This document shows positions 47,305-59,472 of a DNA stretch of 64,000 bases, piece after piece (position 1 is the stretch's first letter; the number at the start of each line of letters is the position of its first letter). The stretch spans positions 384,001-448,000 of the forward strand of contig CAVPIW010000006.1 in NCBI GenBank assembly GCA_963705105.1, written 5' to 3'. The notes below the pieces were generated by a model that worked only from the letters and a program-made list of their open reading frames with translations, did not search any database and was not told the origin of the DNA. Position numbers and translations under genes: made by a program. Source of the stretch: an uncultured Nitrospiraceae bacterium. GTDB lineage: Bacteria; Nitrospirota; Thermodesulfovibrionia; Thermodesulfovibrionales; Dissulfurispiraceae.

Positions 47305-48087
47305 ATGGTCCGTCGCCCTTTCACCGTCGGGATCGCGGGGGCTCACAGCTGCTCCGGCAAAACATCCCTCGCCTCAGCTATCCTGAGGCGCATCACCAAA
47401 TCACCTTTCCGCCTGCCCCGGGGCGGAGCGGCCCTGCGGTGGGGCGCCATCAAATACTCGAAGTCTTCACTCTACACGTCGCTCATCGATGACCCCGGCA
47501 CCCTCCGCCAGGAGGGAAAGGACACGCGGATCATGCTTGACGCGGGAGCCGCAGAGGTCCTCATGGTCAAAGCCCCGAGGGAGGACCTCGAAAACGTGAT
47601 GCCCCTCGCCATGGACAGGCTCTCCGGTCTCGACGGCGTCATGATCGAGGGGAACAGCGCGATTGAGTTTATAAATCCTGATATTGTACTATTTATGGTA
47701 CGGGGTGACGAGGAGCGGATCAAGCCTTCGGCGCTGCAACTGAAGAAAAGTGCGGACATCGTCATCCTCTGGGATGAGGGGAGCCGCAGTGAAGACGAAA
47801 AAGGAGCTGTTGCCCGCGACGGAGATGCCGCCCCGGGCAGACAGTTCATCATGGCCGTCAGGGATTTCGCCGGACCGGCCATTGAACGCCTCGTGAGCCA
47901 GATGGAAGAAATATCAAAACGAAAGTTGATCGAAAACCTCCTCATCGACCGGTCCGTGGACGGCAGGATCGCCTGCGCCGTTGCGAGGGGCATTGCCGAG
48001 GAGCTCGACGTGCCGTACCAGGATGTCGGTAATGCCGCCAATGCCCTGAAGATCAAGGTTCGAGAGTGTGAACTTGGCTGTTTTTAG
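47305..48087 (+). CDS. MobB-like P-loop protein fused to a small Cys-containing C-terminal domain
   Basis: GAHSCSGKT, KDTRIMLDAGA, IEGNS; tail CAVARGIA...ECELGCF. Confidence 0.6.
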   Translation: MVRRPFTVGIAGAHSCSGKTSLASAILRRITKSPFRLPRGGAALRWGAIKYSKSSLYTSLIDDPGTLRQEGKDTRIMLDAGAAEVLMVKAPREDLENVMPLAMDRLSGLDGVMIEGNSAIEFINPDIVLFMVRGDEERIKPSALQLKKSADIVILWDEGSRSEDEKGAVARDGDAAPGRQFIMAVRDFAGPAIERLVSQMEEISKRKLIENLLIDRSVDGRIACAVARGIAEELDVPYQDVGNAANALKIKVRECELGCF

Positions 48088-48900
48088 ACCGGGGACTCTC
48101 CTCTTTGAGCTCGCCCTGACCTTTTACTTCGCCTCGACGATCATCAGCGTCGTCGAGCTTTTCCGGGGCAGCAAGGAATCGAGCCGGCTGATGCTCATCC
48201 TGACGGGCGCCGGCTTTGCAGTTCATACCTTCAGCATCCTGTACCGTTACATCACCGCCGGTTACCTGCCCATCACGAGTATGCACGAGGCGTCGTCTTT
48301 TTTTGCCTGGTGCGTCGTCGTCATCTACTTCTTCCTCGAATACCGCTATAAAATCGGGATCATGGGGTCGTTCATCCTGCCCGTTATTTTCATCCTCATG
48401 CTCTCGTCATCCGTTCTGCCCCGTGAGATCAGGCCGCTGAGCCCCGTGCTCCAGAGTTACTGGCTCTGGATTCACACCACCATCGCCTTTCTGGGTAATG
48501 CCGCCTTTGCCGTGGCGTCGGGCATCGGCGTGATGTATCTCCTCCAGGAGCACTACGTCAAATCGAAGCGGCTGGGAGGGATGTTCCAAAAGCTTCCCAG
48601 CCTCCAGGTGCTCGACGAGATGAACTACAGGCTCATCTCCGTTGGCTTTCCCCTGCTCACAATGGCGATCATCACCGGCGCCCTCTGGGCGGAAAGCGCC
48701 TGGGGAAGCTACTGGCGGTGGGACCCGAAAGAGGTCTGGTCTCTCATCACATGGTTCATTTACGCCCTTGTCCTCCACATCCGCCTCACCGCAGGCTGGA
48801 GGGGCAAGAAGGCCGCCATCCTGTCGATCATCGGCTTCCTCGTCGTCCTCTTCACCTTTTACGGGGTGAACATCTTCCTCAAGAGCCTCCACTCTTTCCC

Positions 48901-48904
<4 letters not shown>
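48068..48904 (+). CDS. ccsA: system II cytochrome c biogenesis protein (CcsA/CcsB, HemX-like)
   Basis: LQSYWLWIH, GALWAESAWGSYWRWDPKE (WWD domain). Confidence 0.9.
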
Positions 48905-50169
<1,265 letters not shown>

Positions 50170-50564
50170 ACCATGCCTGCGCGGTCTCCGGGAAGGCACG
50201 GTCTTCGGGAAGGCAGATATGGTTCAAAGCCTTTCCAATGCGATGATGAGACATCTCAAGGTGTTCAGCGCCTGTTGCCTGACGGGCTTTTGTCATCTGT
50301 CGACACGGCAAAGGGTGGTCTGGGGATGAACAGGGTATCTTAGCGGAAAGGCTTTTCACCACATCAGCCTTCCCTCCCGCGTGTTCCCGGCCTTGTTCCG
50401 ACTATTGACCGTCTGCTGTCTGTTGTTTAGTTTCATCATCGGTGTAGGGGCCGTTCCGCGAACGGCCCGATGTGGGAGAAAGAAGAGGGCTCTTTCTTTG
50501 TGCTTTTAGCGGCTTTGCGTGAGATAAGAAGAGATTGAAAATTACGGCAGGAGTGTCATAAATC

Positions 50565-51554
50565 GTGAAGAGAAAAAAGATCGTCATCGGGACGAGGGGG
50601 AGCAAACTCGCCCTCTGGCAGGCGGAATGGGTGGCGGGGAAGCTGAGGGAGCGTGACCCCGACGTCGAGATAGAGCTGAACAAAATCAAGACGACGGGCG
50701 ACAAGATCCTCGATGTCCCCCTTGCTAAAGTGGGGGGGAAGGGGCTCTTCGTCAAGGAGATCGAAGAGGCTCTCCTGCGACATGAGGCCGACATCGCCGT
50801 CCACAGCATGAAGGATGTGCCGACGGATTTCCCCGACGGACTCCATCTCGCCGTCATCTGCAGGAGGGAGGACCCCCGGGACGCCTTCATCGCGCCTGTC
50901 GAGGGAGGGGCCTTCAAAGTCAGGAGATTTGCCGACCTTCCCCAAGGCGCCGTCGTCGGCACGAGCAGCCTGAGGAGGGCCTGCCAGATCCTCAGTATCA
51001 GGCCCGACATCCGCATCGGCCAGCTCCGCGGAAACCTCGACACCCGGCTGAGAAAGCTCGACGAGGGCCAGTTCGACGCGATCATCCTCGCCGCCGCCGG
51101 GGTGAAGCGACTCGGCTGGGATAAGCGGATCACCGAGATCCTCGAACCCGAGGTGAGCCTGCCGGCCATCGGTCAGGGCGCTGTCGGCATCGAGTGCAGG
51201 ATAGATGACGATGTCGTCCATCAGGTTATCGGTCCGCTCGGGCATGAAGAGACCGCTGCGTGCGTGCGGGCTGAACGGGCCTTTCTCACGAAACTCGAGG
51301 GCGGCTGCCAGGTCCCCATCGCTGCCTTTGCGCGACTGGAGGGCGGGGACGTCCCTGTCCTCGTTATGGACGGCCTCGTCGGCAGCGTCACCGGTGACCG
51401 GATCATCAGGGTCCATGGCAAGGGAAAGCCCGATGAGGGAGAGAAGATCGGGACGGACCTTGCCGAGCGGATCCTCGCCCGGGGCGCCCGGGAGATCCTC
51501 GATGCCGTCTACGGCAAGAACGGCCCCGTCGTCGACGGGGAGATTGCGAGCTGA
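50565..51554 (+). CDS. hemC: hydroxymethylbilane synthase
   Basis: GTRGSKLALWQ, VHSMKD, GTSSLRR, EGGCQVP. Confidence 0.97.
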   Translation: MKRKKIVIGTRGSKLALWQAEWVAGKLRERDPDVEIELNKIKTTGDKILDVPLAKVGGKGLFVKEIEEALLRHEADIAVHSMKDVPTDFPDGLHLAVICRREDPRDAFIAPVEGGAFKVRRFADLPQGAVVGTSSLRRACQILSIRPDIRIGQLRGNLDTRLRKLDEGQFDAIILAAAGVKRLGWDKRITEILEPEVSLPAIGQGAVGIECRIDDDVVHQVIGPLGHEETAACVRAERAFLTKLEGGCQVPIAAFARLEGGDVPVLVMDGLVGSVTGDRIIRVHGKGKPDEGEKIGTDLAERILARGAREILDAVYGKNGPVVDGEIAS

Positions 51555-51557
51555 GCC

Positions 51558-53090
51558 ATGGATAAGGGAAAGGTCTACATCGTCGGAGCGGGCCCGGGAG
51601 ACATAGGGCTGCTGACACTCAAGGGGTTCCGGTATCTCCAGATGGCGGAAGTCGTCGTCTACGATTTTCACCTCAATGCCCAGATGCTCAATTACATCAG
51701 CCACGACGCCGAGTTCATCTACGCCGGCAAGCGGGGCGGCCATCATGCCATGACCCAGGATGAGATCAACGCGGCCCTCGTGAAGAAGGCCAAGGAGGGC
51801 AAGATCGTCTGCCGGCTCAAGGGGGGTGATCCCTTCGTGTTCGGCCGGGGAGGGGAGGAGGCGGAGGTGCTCGCCGCCGAGGGGATCCCCTTCGAGATCG
51901 TCCCCGGTATCAGCTCAGCCATTGCGGCGCCCGCCTATGCGGGCATACCCCTGACGCACCGCCGCTTTTCCTCTTCCTTCGCCGTCGTGACAGGCAACGA
52001 GGACGTGACCAAACCGGAGAGCGCCATCGACTGGTCAAAGCTCGCAAAGGGTTTTGACACCCTCGTCTTTCTCATGGGGGTGAAAAACATCGGCAACATC
52101 ACGGCAAGGCTGATGGAGAACGGGAAACCGCCGGACACGCCTGTCGCCATCGTCCGGTGGGGTACACGGCCGGATCAGAAGACCGTCGTGAGCACGCTGA
52201 TGAACATCGCAGGGCTCGTCCGGGAGGAGAGGATCAGACCGCCGGCGGTCATGGTCGTCGGGCCCGTGGTGACATTGCGGGAGACCCTCAAATGGTATGA
52301 GAACAAACCCCTCTTCGGCCACCGGATCCTGATCACGAGGGATTACACGAAGGATTACCAGGCCCTTGAAGACCTGGGAGGGGAGATCTTCGAGTTCCCG
52401 ACCGTCGAGATCACGCCTCCCGATGACTTCTCGGACCTCGACCGGTGCATCGACAGGCTGGACGGCTACGAATGGCTCATCTTCACGAGCGCCAACGGAT
52501 TCCGGCATTTCCTGGAGAGGATCATGTCCCGGGGCAAGGACGTGAGAGACCTCCGGGGGCCGAAGATATGCGCCATCGGGAGCAAGACCGCCGAGGCCAT
52601 CGGCAGGTACGGCATCCGTGTCGATCTCGTCCCTGAGGAATTCAACGCCGAAGGGCTTGTCGAGACTTTTCGCAATCTCTTCGGTCAGGGCGGTATCAGG
52701 GGCAAGAGATTTCTCCTGCCCCGGGCGGAAAAGGCCCGCGAGGTCTTTCCCGCAAAGATCCGCGAGCTGGGAGGGGAGATCGACACGCCGACGGCCTATT
52801 GCGCGCGAAAGCGCGAGCGGCACGGGAAGAGGCTGAAAAGGTATATCGACGAGCGCCGCATCACCATTGCCACGTTTACAAGTGCGGCGACGTTCAGGAA
52901 CTTCGTGGACATTATGGGCGAGGAGTCCATCGGGTTTCTCAAGACGGCGGCGATAGCCGTTCTCGGTCCCGTCACGGCACGGGCGATCGAAAAGGCTGGA
53001 CTGACCGTCACAATCATGCCGAAGGAGGCGACGATCAAGGCAATGGTCGATGAGATCGCCCGCTGGGCGACGGAGAGAAAAAAGGCCTAG
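51558..53090 (+). CDS. cobA: uroporphyrinogen-III C-methyltransferase / synthase fusion
   Basis: VGAGPGD, RLKGGDPFVFGRGGEE, then a HemD domain (IFTSANG, FTSA). Confidence 0.95.
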   Translation: MDKGKVYIVGAGPGDIGLLTLKGFRYLQMAEVVVYDFHLNAQMLNYISHDAEFIYAGKRGGHHAMTQDEINAALVKKAKEGKIVCRLKGGDPFVFGRGGEEAEVLAAEGIPFEIVPGISSAIAAPAYAGIPLTHRRFSSSFAVVTGNEDVTKPESAIDWSKLAKGFDTLVFLMGVKNIGNITARLMENGKPPDTPVAIVRWGTRPDQKTVVSTLMNIAGLVREERIRPPAVMVVGPVVTLRETLKWYENKPLFGHRILITRDYTKDYQALEDLGGEIFEFPTVEITPPDDFSDLDRCIDRLDGYEWLIFTSANGFRHFLERIMSRGKDVRDLRGPKICAIGSKTAEAIGRYGIRVDLVPEEFNAEGLVETFRNLFGQGGIRGKRFLLPRAEKAREVFPAKIRELGGEIDTPTAYCARKRERHGKRLKRYIDERRITIATFTSAATFRNFVDIMGEESIGFLKTAAIAVLGPVTARAIEKAGLTVTIMPKEATIKAMVDEIARWATERKKA

Positions 53091-53623
53091 TCGCCCTTGG
53101 CGTGGCCGTTTCCTCCCATGTGGAGCCGGCGCTCGACGGCGGGATCGAGCTTGATCCAGACGATGATCCTGTCGCCCTTTTCACTGTAATACGTCTCCAG
53201 GACGTCGGGTGTCCCGTACTCGATGGTGAGATACAGGGGTCTCAGCTCGAACCCGATGGTTTTCCCCTGCCTGCTGACCACCTTGCTCAGGTATGAATTC
53301 CGGAAGGCATAATGGGAACGGACAAACTCCTCCGCTTTCTTCAGGGCATCGGCGCCGGTGAGACCCTTGATGACGCGATAGTCGAAATCGGGAGCGTAGG
53401 GATCAAAGGTATACCCGTCTCCTTCCAGATCGAGGATCGCGACGGTCTTGATGTCGCCGGAGTATCCTCCCCCGTAAAGGATAAGCGTGTATGTCCCCTT
53501 CACCTCGCTTTCCTGGGCCGCATAGGTCAGCAGCCGCTCTCCAAAGCCGAAGGGGAACGCCGCCTGCGCGGCAAAAAGTGTCCCCGTCAGAACGATGACA
53601 CAGATGATCAATCCCTTTTTCAT
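53087..53623 (-). CDS. secreted hypothetical protein
   Basis: Signal peptide; RBS GAGG; clean ORF. Confidence 0.7.
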   Translation of the reverse strand: MKKGLIICVIVLTGTLFAAQAAFPFGFGERLLTYAAQESEVKGTYTLILYGGGYSGDIKTVAILDLEGDGYTFDPYAPDFDYRVIKGLTGADALKKAEEFVRSHYAFRNSYLSKVVSRQGKTIGFELRPLYLTIEYGTPDVLETYYSEKGDRIIVWIKLDPAVERRLHMGGNGHAKGD

Positions 53624-53701
53624 TTTATTCCCTCACTTTCCGTATGTTCATCATCTTCTTTTTCGACAACTTCGCAAAAACACCCTAAAGATTGTTTATC
53701 T

Positions 53702-53905
53702 GTCATTTCCGGGCAGACGGGAATCCAGTATATTTTGCAGAGGATGTTGCAGAAGTACCGCATTTGTAGCCGCAGGCTTTAGCCTGCGTTTTTTTAGCGC
53801 ATTGCAAACAAAGGATCGCGCAGACTGAAGTTTGCGGCTACATCATAAACCAATACATTTGCAGGAGCCTCTGTAATCTGGATGCCCGCCTTCGCGGGTT
53901 ATGAC
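53702..53905. repeat. nested REP-like palindromes
   Basis: Outer GTCAT...GAATCCAG / CTGGAT...ATGAC pair; inner GTAGCCGCA...TGCGGCTAC at 53766-53841. Confidence 0.7.
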
Positions 53906-53922
53906 GTCTCTTTACGAATCGG

Positions 53923-55026
53923 TCATTTCCTGAAAAGCTTCAGATACTCCCCGTAGCCTTCTTTTTCCAGGTCCTCTTTGGGGATGAACCGCATAGCTGC
54001 TGAATTCATGCAATACCGGAGGCCTGTCGGCGCCGGCCCGTCGGTGAAGACATGGCCGAGGTGGGAATCGCCGTGCTTGCTCCGCACCTCCGTGCGGCGG
54101 CTAAAGAGCTTCCTGTCCTCACGCTCGACGATGTTCTCCTTTTCGATCGGTTTTGTGAAGCTCGGCCAGCCCGTGCCGGAGTCGTATTTGTCCAGCGAGC
54201 TGAAAAGAGGCTCGCCGGAGACGATATCGACATAAATCCCCTCACGCTTCTCGTCCCAGTATTCATTGTCGAAGGGCCTCTCCGTCCCTTCCTCCTGGGT
54301 GACATGATACTGGAGCGACGTCAGTTTCTTTTTGATTTCCTCTTTCGGCGGTTTCATATATCGTGTGCTCCCCTTCTGCGTTTGCGGCGTTTGCTGTGTC
54401 TCCGGCGTCGCTCCCCAGATCTTCATGAGGTACTGGTCCCTGCCGGAGTTGTGCCGGTAAAACTTGTACCGGAGCGGGTTCTTCCTGTGATAGTCCTGGT
54501 GATACTCCTCGGCCTTGTAAAATGTCACCGCAGGCAGTATCTCCGTGACAACGGGTTTGCTGAACCGTCCCGACCGGGCGAGGGCGGCCTTCGATTCCTC
54601 GGCAAGGCGCCTCTGCTCATCGGAGTGATAAAAGATGGCCGTTCTGTACTGCCGGCCGCGGTCGACGAACTGACCGTCCGGGTCCGTCGGGTCGATCTGA
54701 CGCCAGAAGATATCGAGAAGGCGCTGATAGGAGACCTTCGACGGATCGAAGAGGATCTCCACCGCCTCGACGTGCCCCGTCGTGCCCGCTGATACCTCCT
54801 CGTAGGTCGGATTTTCCCGCTGCCCGCCCGTGTATCCGGAGATGACCGCCTTTACGCCATCAACCTCTTCGAAGGGCGGCTCCATGCACCAGAAACACCC
54901 TCCGGCGAAGGTGGCCTTCCCGGGTGTTCCCTGTCCCTCAGGCTGCACGGCCTTCGCCTTTTCCGGAGGCGCCATATTCATGCAGCCGGCGAGAATAAGG
55001 ATTATCCATAGCCATCGTAATTTCAT
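53923..55026 (-). CDS. msrAB: exported peptide methionine sulfoxide reductase MsrA-MsrB fusion
   Basis: Lipobox [38 protein letters not shown]. Confidence 0.95.
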   Translation of the reverse strand: MKLRWLWIILILAGCMNMAPPEKAKAVQPEGQGTPGKATFAGGCFWCMEPPFEEVDGVKAVISGYTGGQRENPTYEEVSAGTTGHVEAVEILFDPSKVSYQRLLDIFWRQIDPTDPDGQFVDRGRQYRTAIFYHSDEQRRLAEESKAALARSGRFSKPVVTEILPAVTFYKAEEYHQDYHRKNPLRYKFYRHNSGRDQYLMKIWGATPETQQTPQTQKGSTRYMKPPKEEIKKKLTSLQYHVTQEEGTERPFDNEYWDEKREGIYVDIVSGEPLFSSLDKYDSGTGWPSFTKPIEKENIVEREDRKLFSRRTEVRSKHGDSHLGHVFTDGPAPTGLRYCMNSAAMRFIPKEDLEKEGYGEYLKLFRK

Positions 55027-55615
55027 AATTATATTATACTCAAAAATTGACGAACTCGCACAAAGCCTGACACAACGCTTGTCTGTCATTCCCGCGCAGG
55101 CGGGAATCCAGTGTATTCAGACTTTCTTTGGTCTGGATGCTTGCTATCCGCTGGGACAAGCCTTGACGGCCTCGTAAAAAGTCCTGTAAAGGGCATATCC
55201 GTCATTCCCGTGCAGACGGGAATCCAGTCCTTTCAGGCAGTTATTTGCACTCTGGATACCCGCTCCCCGCTTACTATCCGCGTGGACAAGCTTCGCGGAG
55301 AACGTGTCAGGTCTTGAAACTTGACACGCTTTTGAACATTGGTGCAAAGTCACTCCCATGGCCAGACTTCTATGTCGTGGCAGATGTTCTGGAAGGATCA
55401 TGCTCCTCCTCATTTCCACTGGAACGCTAAGGGTCGCGTCTACACATTTGACAGAAATGCTTTTTGCTGCATTAAAGAAACGGTCCGCTTGGAACAGACC
55501 CTTGCTGAACTTTGGGCACGTTATTGCCTGCGTTGCCCAGCTCTGTGTGGAGATTCAGCAAACCGGTCATTGCACCGGACGCGGCAGGAGGTCACCCGTT
55601 TATCCTTAGCTATAG

Positions 55616-55888
55616 CTATGCCGCTTTTATCTTTCCATGGGGAGCAGGAGCACCCTGCAACAGACCCTGGCTGGTAAGATCCTCATCAAGGTCAGGCCAG
55701 TGTATCCCGTACCCGGCTCCGGCAATACGCCAGTTCGCCCGTTCTTCCGGCGTAGCATGTAGCAACCGAGGGTACCAAGCCAGGGGGACAGTTATGGTTC
55801 GTCCATCGAAGAGATCGACACTGACAGCGTCGTCGGTGATTCGGACGTCCCTGACGCGTTCGCCGGATTTAGGTGCCGAAGTATTCAT
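55616..55888 (-). CDS. DUF2442 protein
   Basis: DGRTITVPLAWYPRL, GIHWPDLDEDL. Confidence 0.88.
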   Translation of the reverse strand: MNTSAPKSGERVRDVRITDDAVSVDLFDGRTITVPLAWYPRLLHATPEERANWRIAGAGYGIHWPDLDEDLTSQGLLQGAPAPHGKIKAA

Positions 55889-56108
55889 TCCATGCCTCCA
55901 ATAGTTCTTCCTGGTGTTCCGATGTCAGTGCTTCCAAAGCCCTCAACTCTCTCGCCGGAAACCCAAGATTGTACGCCAATGCGACAGGCCTAAGCCAGAA
56001 CTTAGCTGAGAATGCATCCCGGTCAATATGCACGTGCGGCGGTTCGTTCAAGTCATGACTCACAAAGTAGAACCTGTAAGGTCCTGATCTGAAGACTACC
56101 GGGGACAT
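55869..56108 (-). CDS. DUF4160 protein
   Basis: GPYRFYFVS, EPPHVH, AKFWL. Confidence 0.88.
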   Translation of the reverse strand: MSPVVFRSGPYRFYFVSHDLNEPPHVHIDRDAFSAKFWLRPVALAYNLGFPARELRALEALTSEHQEELLEAWNEYFGT

Positions 56109-56353
56109 CCTTCCCCTCCCTGTGTAGTGTTGTGCCGATCATACTTCTTTATCTGCCGGCTGCATTTCTAAATCTTATCGGAAACAATGGGGTGAGTCAA
56201 GCAGAGACGAGAGCTGACAACCTCGTATCAAAGAAATCCATCGACTTCTCACAAACAAGTGGAGCGAACCCGGAAGCTGAGATCTCCCCATATTTGACAA
56301 TCGGCATAAATGGGTAATAGAATATTTGTAACAATACAAACGGAGAATACGTC

Positions 56354-56629
56354 ATGGCTGAAGTCAGGATTCTCAAGGCTGATTCACGGGGTCGCATTGT
56401 TCTTCCGGCACCTTTCAGGAAGGAGCCTTTGTTCGAATATAGCGTGGAAGGGGACCAGATTATTCTCTATCCTGTGAGGACTGTTCGAAAGTATCCCGAC
56501 ATGTCTGACGTCCCCGAAGAAGAACTGTCTCCCGAATGGCTGAGAGATGAGGCCAAAGTTAACGAGGACGCGCGACCCGGAATTTCCGCCTCCACTCCTT
56601 CAGAAGCCCTTGAGAAGAGGAAAAAATAG
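56354..56629 (+). CDS. AbrB/MazE-like antitoxin
   Basis: DSRGRIVLPAPFR; paired with the downstream toxin. Confidence 0.7.
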   Translation: MAEVRILKADSRGRIVLPAPFRKEPLFEYSVEGDQIILYPVRTVRKYPDMSDVPEEELSPEWLRDEAKVNEDARPGISASTPSEALEKRKK

Positions 56630-56635
56630 GCCCTT

Positions 56636-56947
56636 ATGCCTGTTAGAGTTCCTCCCTTCAGACTCCACTTCGAGATCATTTTTCTGGAACACTATTCCAG
56701 ACTGAAACCAGGTGAACGAAAATCCGTCGATAAAGCGGTTCGCACTCTCGCCCTGAATCCCCGGCATCCCTCTCTGAACGTTCATAAGGCGAAAAATGTT
56801 GCAGCCAAGTACGCCGAGGGAGGGAAAGACGTCTTCATTGCCTATGCCTCGAAAAACCTGAGACTCACGTTTGAATACGGCCCTGAGCCCGGCATGATCG
56901 CCCTGCGCAACTGCGGTCACCACGAACCCTGCGAGAGGGATGTTTGA
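56636..56947 (+). CDS. RelE/ParE-like toxin
   Basis: LALNPRHPSLNVHK, RLTF, LRNCGHH. Confidence 0.7.
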   Translation: MPVRVPPFRLHFEIIFLEHYSRLKPGERKSVDKAVRTLALNPRHPSLNVHKAKNVAAKYAEGGKDVFIAYASKNLRLTFEYGPEPGMIALRNCGHHEPCERDV

Positions 56948-57036
56948 CCCGCAACACGTCACTGGCAACGCGCAACTCTTAACCCGCTTTCGGTTATAAT
57001 ATACGGTTATTTTTTACGAAACCTGATGGAGGGATC

Positions 57037-58662
57037 ATGAGTCAACACTTCGAAAACGCGGCAGCCTGCTGGAAGGTGATTCTTTCTGACGTCAAAGGGA
57101 ACACTTCACTGCTGGGGGTCATCGAGCGCTTCGCCCGGGAAAACAGAAACCCCATAGAAGTCGTCTTCGGTACGTCGGGATGGAGGGGCGAGATCGGCAC
57201 CGATTTCACCTTCCACAACGTCAGGATCGTCACGGCGGCGATCGTCGAGATGTTCCGGCGCCAGGACCCGGCGGTCATGAAGGCCATGGGCGTGCCGGAT
57301 TTCGACGAGATCTGCAGGAGAGGCGTTGTCGTCGGTCATGACAACCGTTTCCTCGGTCCCGAGTTCGCCATGGAGGTCATCGGCCTGCTCAACCGGGCGG
57401 GCATCCGGACGTGGTATGCGGGGGAAACGCCGACACCGGAGTTTTCGACGGCCGTGGAAATGCTTCAGGCGGCATGCTCCGTCAATCTGACGCCGTCCCA
57501 TAACCCGGCGAACTACGCGGGCTTCAAGTTCAATCCCTCCGACGGCGGGCCGGCAGGCCCGGAGATCACGAAAAAAATAGAAGAGATCGCCAATGAGATG
57601 ATGAGAGCCGGGGCGGACGTCCGGCCCGTCCCTGCCGGAAAGGTTGAGCCTGTTGACACCGCCGATCTCTATATCAAATACGTGACGGAACGGAAGACCC
57701 TGGACCTGGACCGCATACGCAGGTTCGTTGCCGAAGGAGACCTCATCGTCTGCGTCGACAACGTGCACGGCTCGACGCGGGGGCGGATCGAGCGGCTTCT
57801 CGGCCAGAGCGACAAGATCGTCTATCTGAGGAAGGAGAACGATTTTCTCTTCGGCGGCGTCGCCCCTGAACCCTCGGAGAAGAACATGGAAGGCGTCGAT
57901 GCCGTGCTCAGGAAGAGCGGGGCCCGGTTCAAACTGGGCGTCATCATGGATCCCGACGGAGACCGCATCCGCCATTCCGACGGAGTGGTGCAGGTACCGA
58001 TGAACTATTTCGGGGCCCTGGCGTTTCACTTCCTTCATGTTCATAAGGGATTTCGGGGCATCATCGCCAAGTCCGTGGCGACGAGCAATTTCGTCAATGC
58101 CATCGCCGAAAAACTCGGCGTCCCCGTGCGTGAGACGGAGGTGGGCTTCAAGAATTTCAGACCCTACATGCTGAAAACATCGCCCGAGCGGGCCGTCATC
58201 GCCTTCGAGGAATCGGACGGCATTTCAGGGTTCAATCATACTCTCGAAAAGGACGCCCTCTTCGGGTTTCTTATCGCTCTTGAAATGATGGCGGTGTCCG
58301 GAAAGAACCTGAGCGCATACCTGAGAGACACGATGGCCGAATTCGGAGCCTATTATCCCGACAGGTCGGGCATCTCCGTCGACCGCTCACTGGTCGGTGC
58401 ACCCCTCCTGAAGAAACTCTCGTCCATCCGCGATAGGTTCGCCGTCGGTACGGATGTTGACACTGCGGGCGTCCGGAGAGTCGTCAGAGATGTCATCACC
58501 GTTGACGGCACCAAGATCGTCCTCGACGACGGGTCCTGGCTCATGATCCGCCCCTCGGGAACGGAACCGAAAGTCAGGTTCTACATCGAGGCGAGAACAG
58601 AGGAGCAGAAACGGGCCCTCTTCGAGACTGCGGAACGGATGACGAAGGAGGCACTCAGCTAA
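57037..58662 (+). CDS. pgm: phosphoglucomutase/phosphomannomutase
   Basis: FGTSGWRG, TPSHNP, DPDGDR, VGFK, RPSGTEPK. Confidence 0.92.
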   Translation: MSQHFENAAACWKVILSDVKGNTSLLGVIERFARENRNPIEVVFGTSGWRGEIGTDFTFHNVRIVTAAIVEMFRRQDPAVMKAMGVPDFDEICRRGVVVGHDNRFLGPEFAMEVIGLLNRAGIRTWYAGETPTPEFSTAVEMLQAACSVNLTPSHNPANYAGFKFNPSDGGPAGPEITKKIEEIANEMMRAGADVRPVPAGKVEPVDTADLYIKYVTERKTLDLDRIRRFVAEGDLIVCVDNVHGSTRGRIERLLGQSDKIVYLRKENDFLFGGVAPEPSEKNMEGVDAVLRKSGARFKLGVIMDPDGDRIRHSDGVVQVPMNYFGALAFHFLHVHKGFRGIIAKSVATSNFVNAIAEKLGVPVRETEVGFKNFRPYMLKTSPERAVIAFEESDGISGFNHTLEKDALFGFLIALEMMAVSGKNLSAYLRDTMAEFGAYYPDRSGISVDRSLVGAPLLKKLSSIRDRFAVGTDVDTAGVRRVVRDVITVDGTKIVLDDGSWLMIRPSGTEPKVRFYIEARTEEQKRALFETAERMTKEALS

Positions 58663-58663
58663 A

Positions 58664-58878
58664 AGTCACGGGTTGCGAGTTACGGGTTGCGGGCTTGAAA
58701 AGCAGAATACAGAATATAGAATTCAGAATATAGCATAGAGCAGAACGGACAGGAAGACACGGGGTGACGGGTTATGAGATAAGACAGTTCCGAGGACTCA
58801 GGACTGAGGACTTAGTTTTATGGCCGTTAACTCGGAACCCGCAACTCGTAACAGTCTTTCCTTCTGACTCGTAACTAT
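58664..58878. repeat. degenerate heptamer tandem repeats in inverted arrangement
   Basis: CGGGTTG/CGAGTTA, CAGAATA and GAGGACT units; related tracts at 37340-37395 and 62655-62805. Confidence 0.65.
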
Positions 58879-58880
58879 TC

Positions 58881-59471
58881 TCACATATCCCTTCTCCCCT
58901 CCAGGGCCTTTGAGAGGGTGACCTCGTCGGCGAATTCGATGTCGCTGCCGATGGGAAGGCCGTAGGCGATCCGTGTCGTTTTCACCCCGAGGGGACGCAG
59001 GAGCTCCGTGATGTGCTGGGCCGTCAACTCTCCCTTCGTATTGGGATTCGTCGCAAGGATGACCTCCCGGACCCCCTCACGGCTTATACGGTCGAGGAGC
59101 TCCCGGATCTTCAGCCGGTCCGGCGTGATCCCGTCGACGGGAGACAGTGCGCCGAGCAGCACGTGGTAGGTGCCGCGGAAAACTCCCGTCCGCTCGATGG
59201 CAAGGACGTTGCTTGGCTCTTCGACGACGCAGATCCTGCTGTCCCTGGAAGGGTTGCTGCAGATCGCACAGGGGTCCCGGTCCGTGATGTTGAAGCACCG
59301 CGAGCAGAATCGGGCCTTTTCCTTGACGTCGAGAATCGCCCGGGCGATCGCCTCAGCGTCTCCGCCATGCATGGCGAGGATGTGAAAGGCGAGGCGTTGG
59401 GCCGTCTTCCTCCCGATCCCCGGGAGTTTTGAGAGCTGAACGATCAGGTTCTCAATGATGCCCTGTGACAT
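58881..59471 (-). CDS. recR: recombination protein RecR
   Basis: LPGIGRKTAQRL, C4 zinc finger, YHVL, TRIAYGLP. Confidence 0.97.
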   Translation of the reverse strand: MSQGIIENLIVQLSKLPGIGRKTAQRLAFHILAMHGGDAEAIARAILDVKEKARFCSRCFNITDRDPCAICSNPSRDSRICVVEEPSNVLAIERTGVFRGTYHVLLGALSPVDGITPDRLKIRELLDRISREGVREVILATNPNTKGELTAQHITELLRPLGVKTTRIAYGLPIGSDIEFADEVTLSKALEGRRDM

Positions 59472-59472
59472 G

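Noticed and set aside
55339..55600. Further attC site and a DUF4160-like ORF near the second TA cluster
   Set aside because: Only a DHAPPHFH fragment and a half-site-like AACCGGTCATTGCACCGGACG are present, with no complementary right half.
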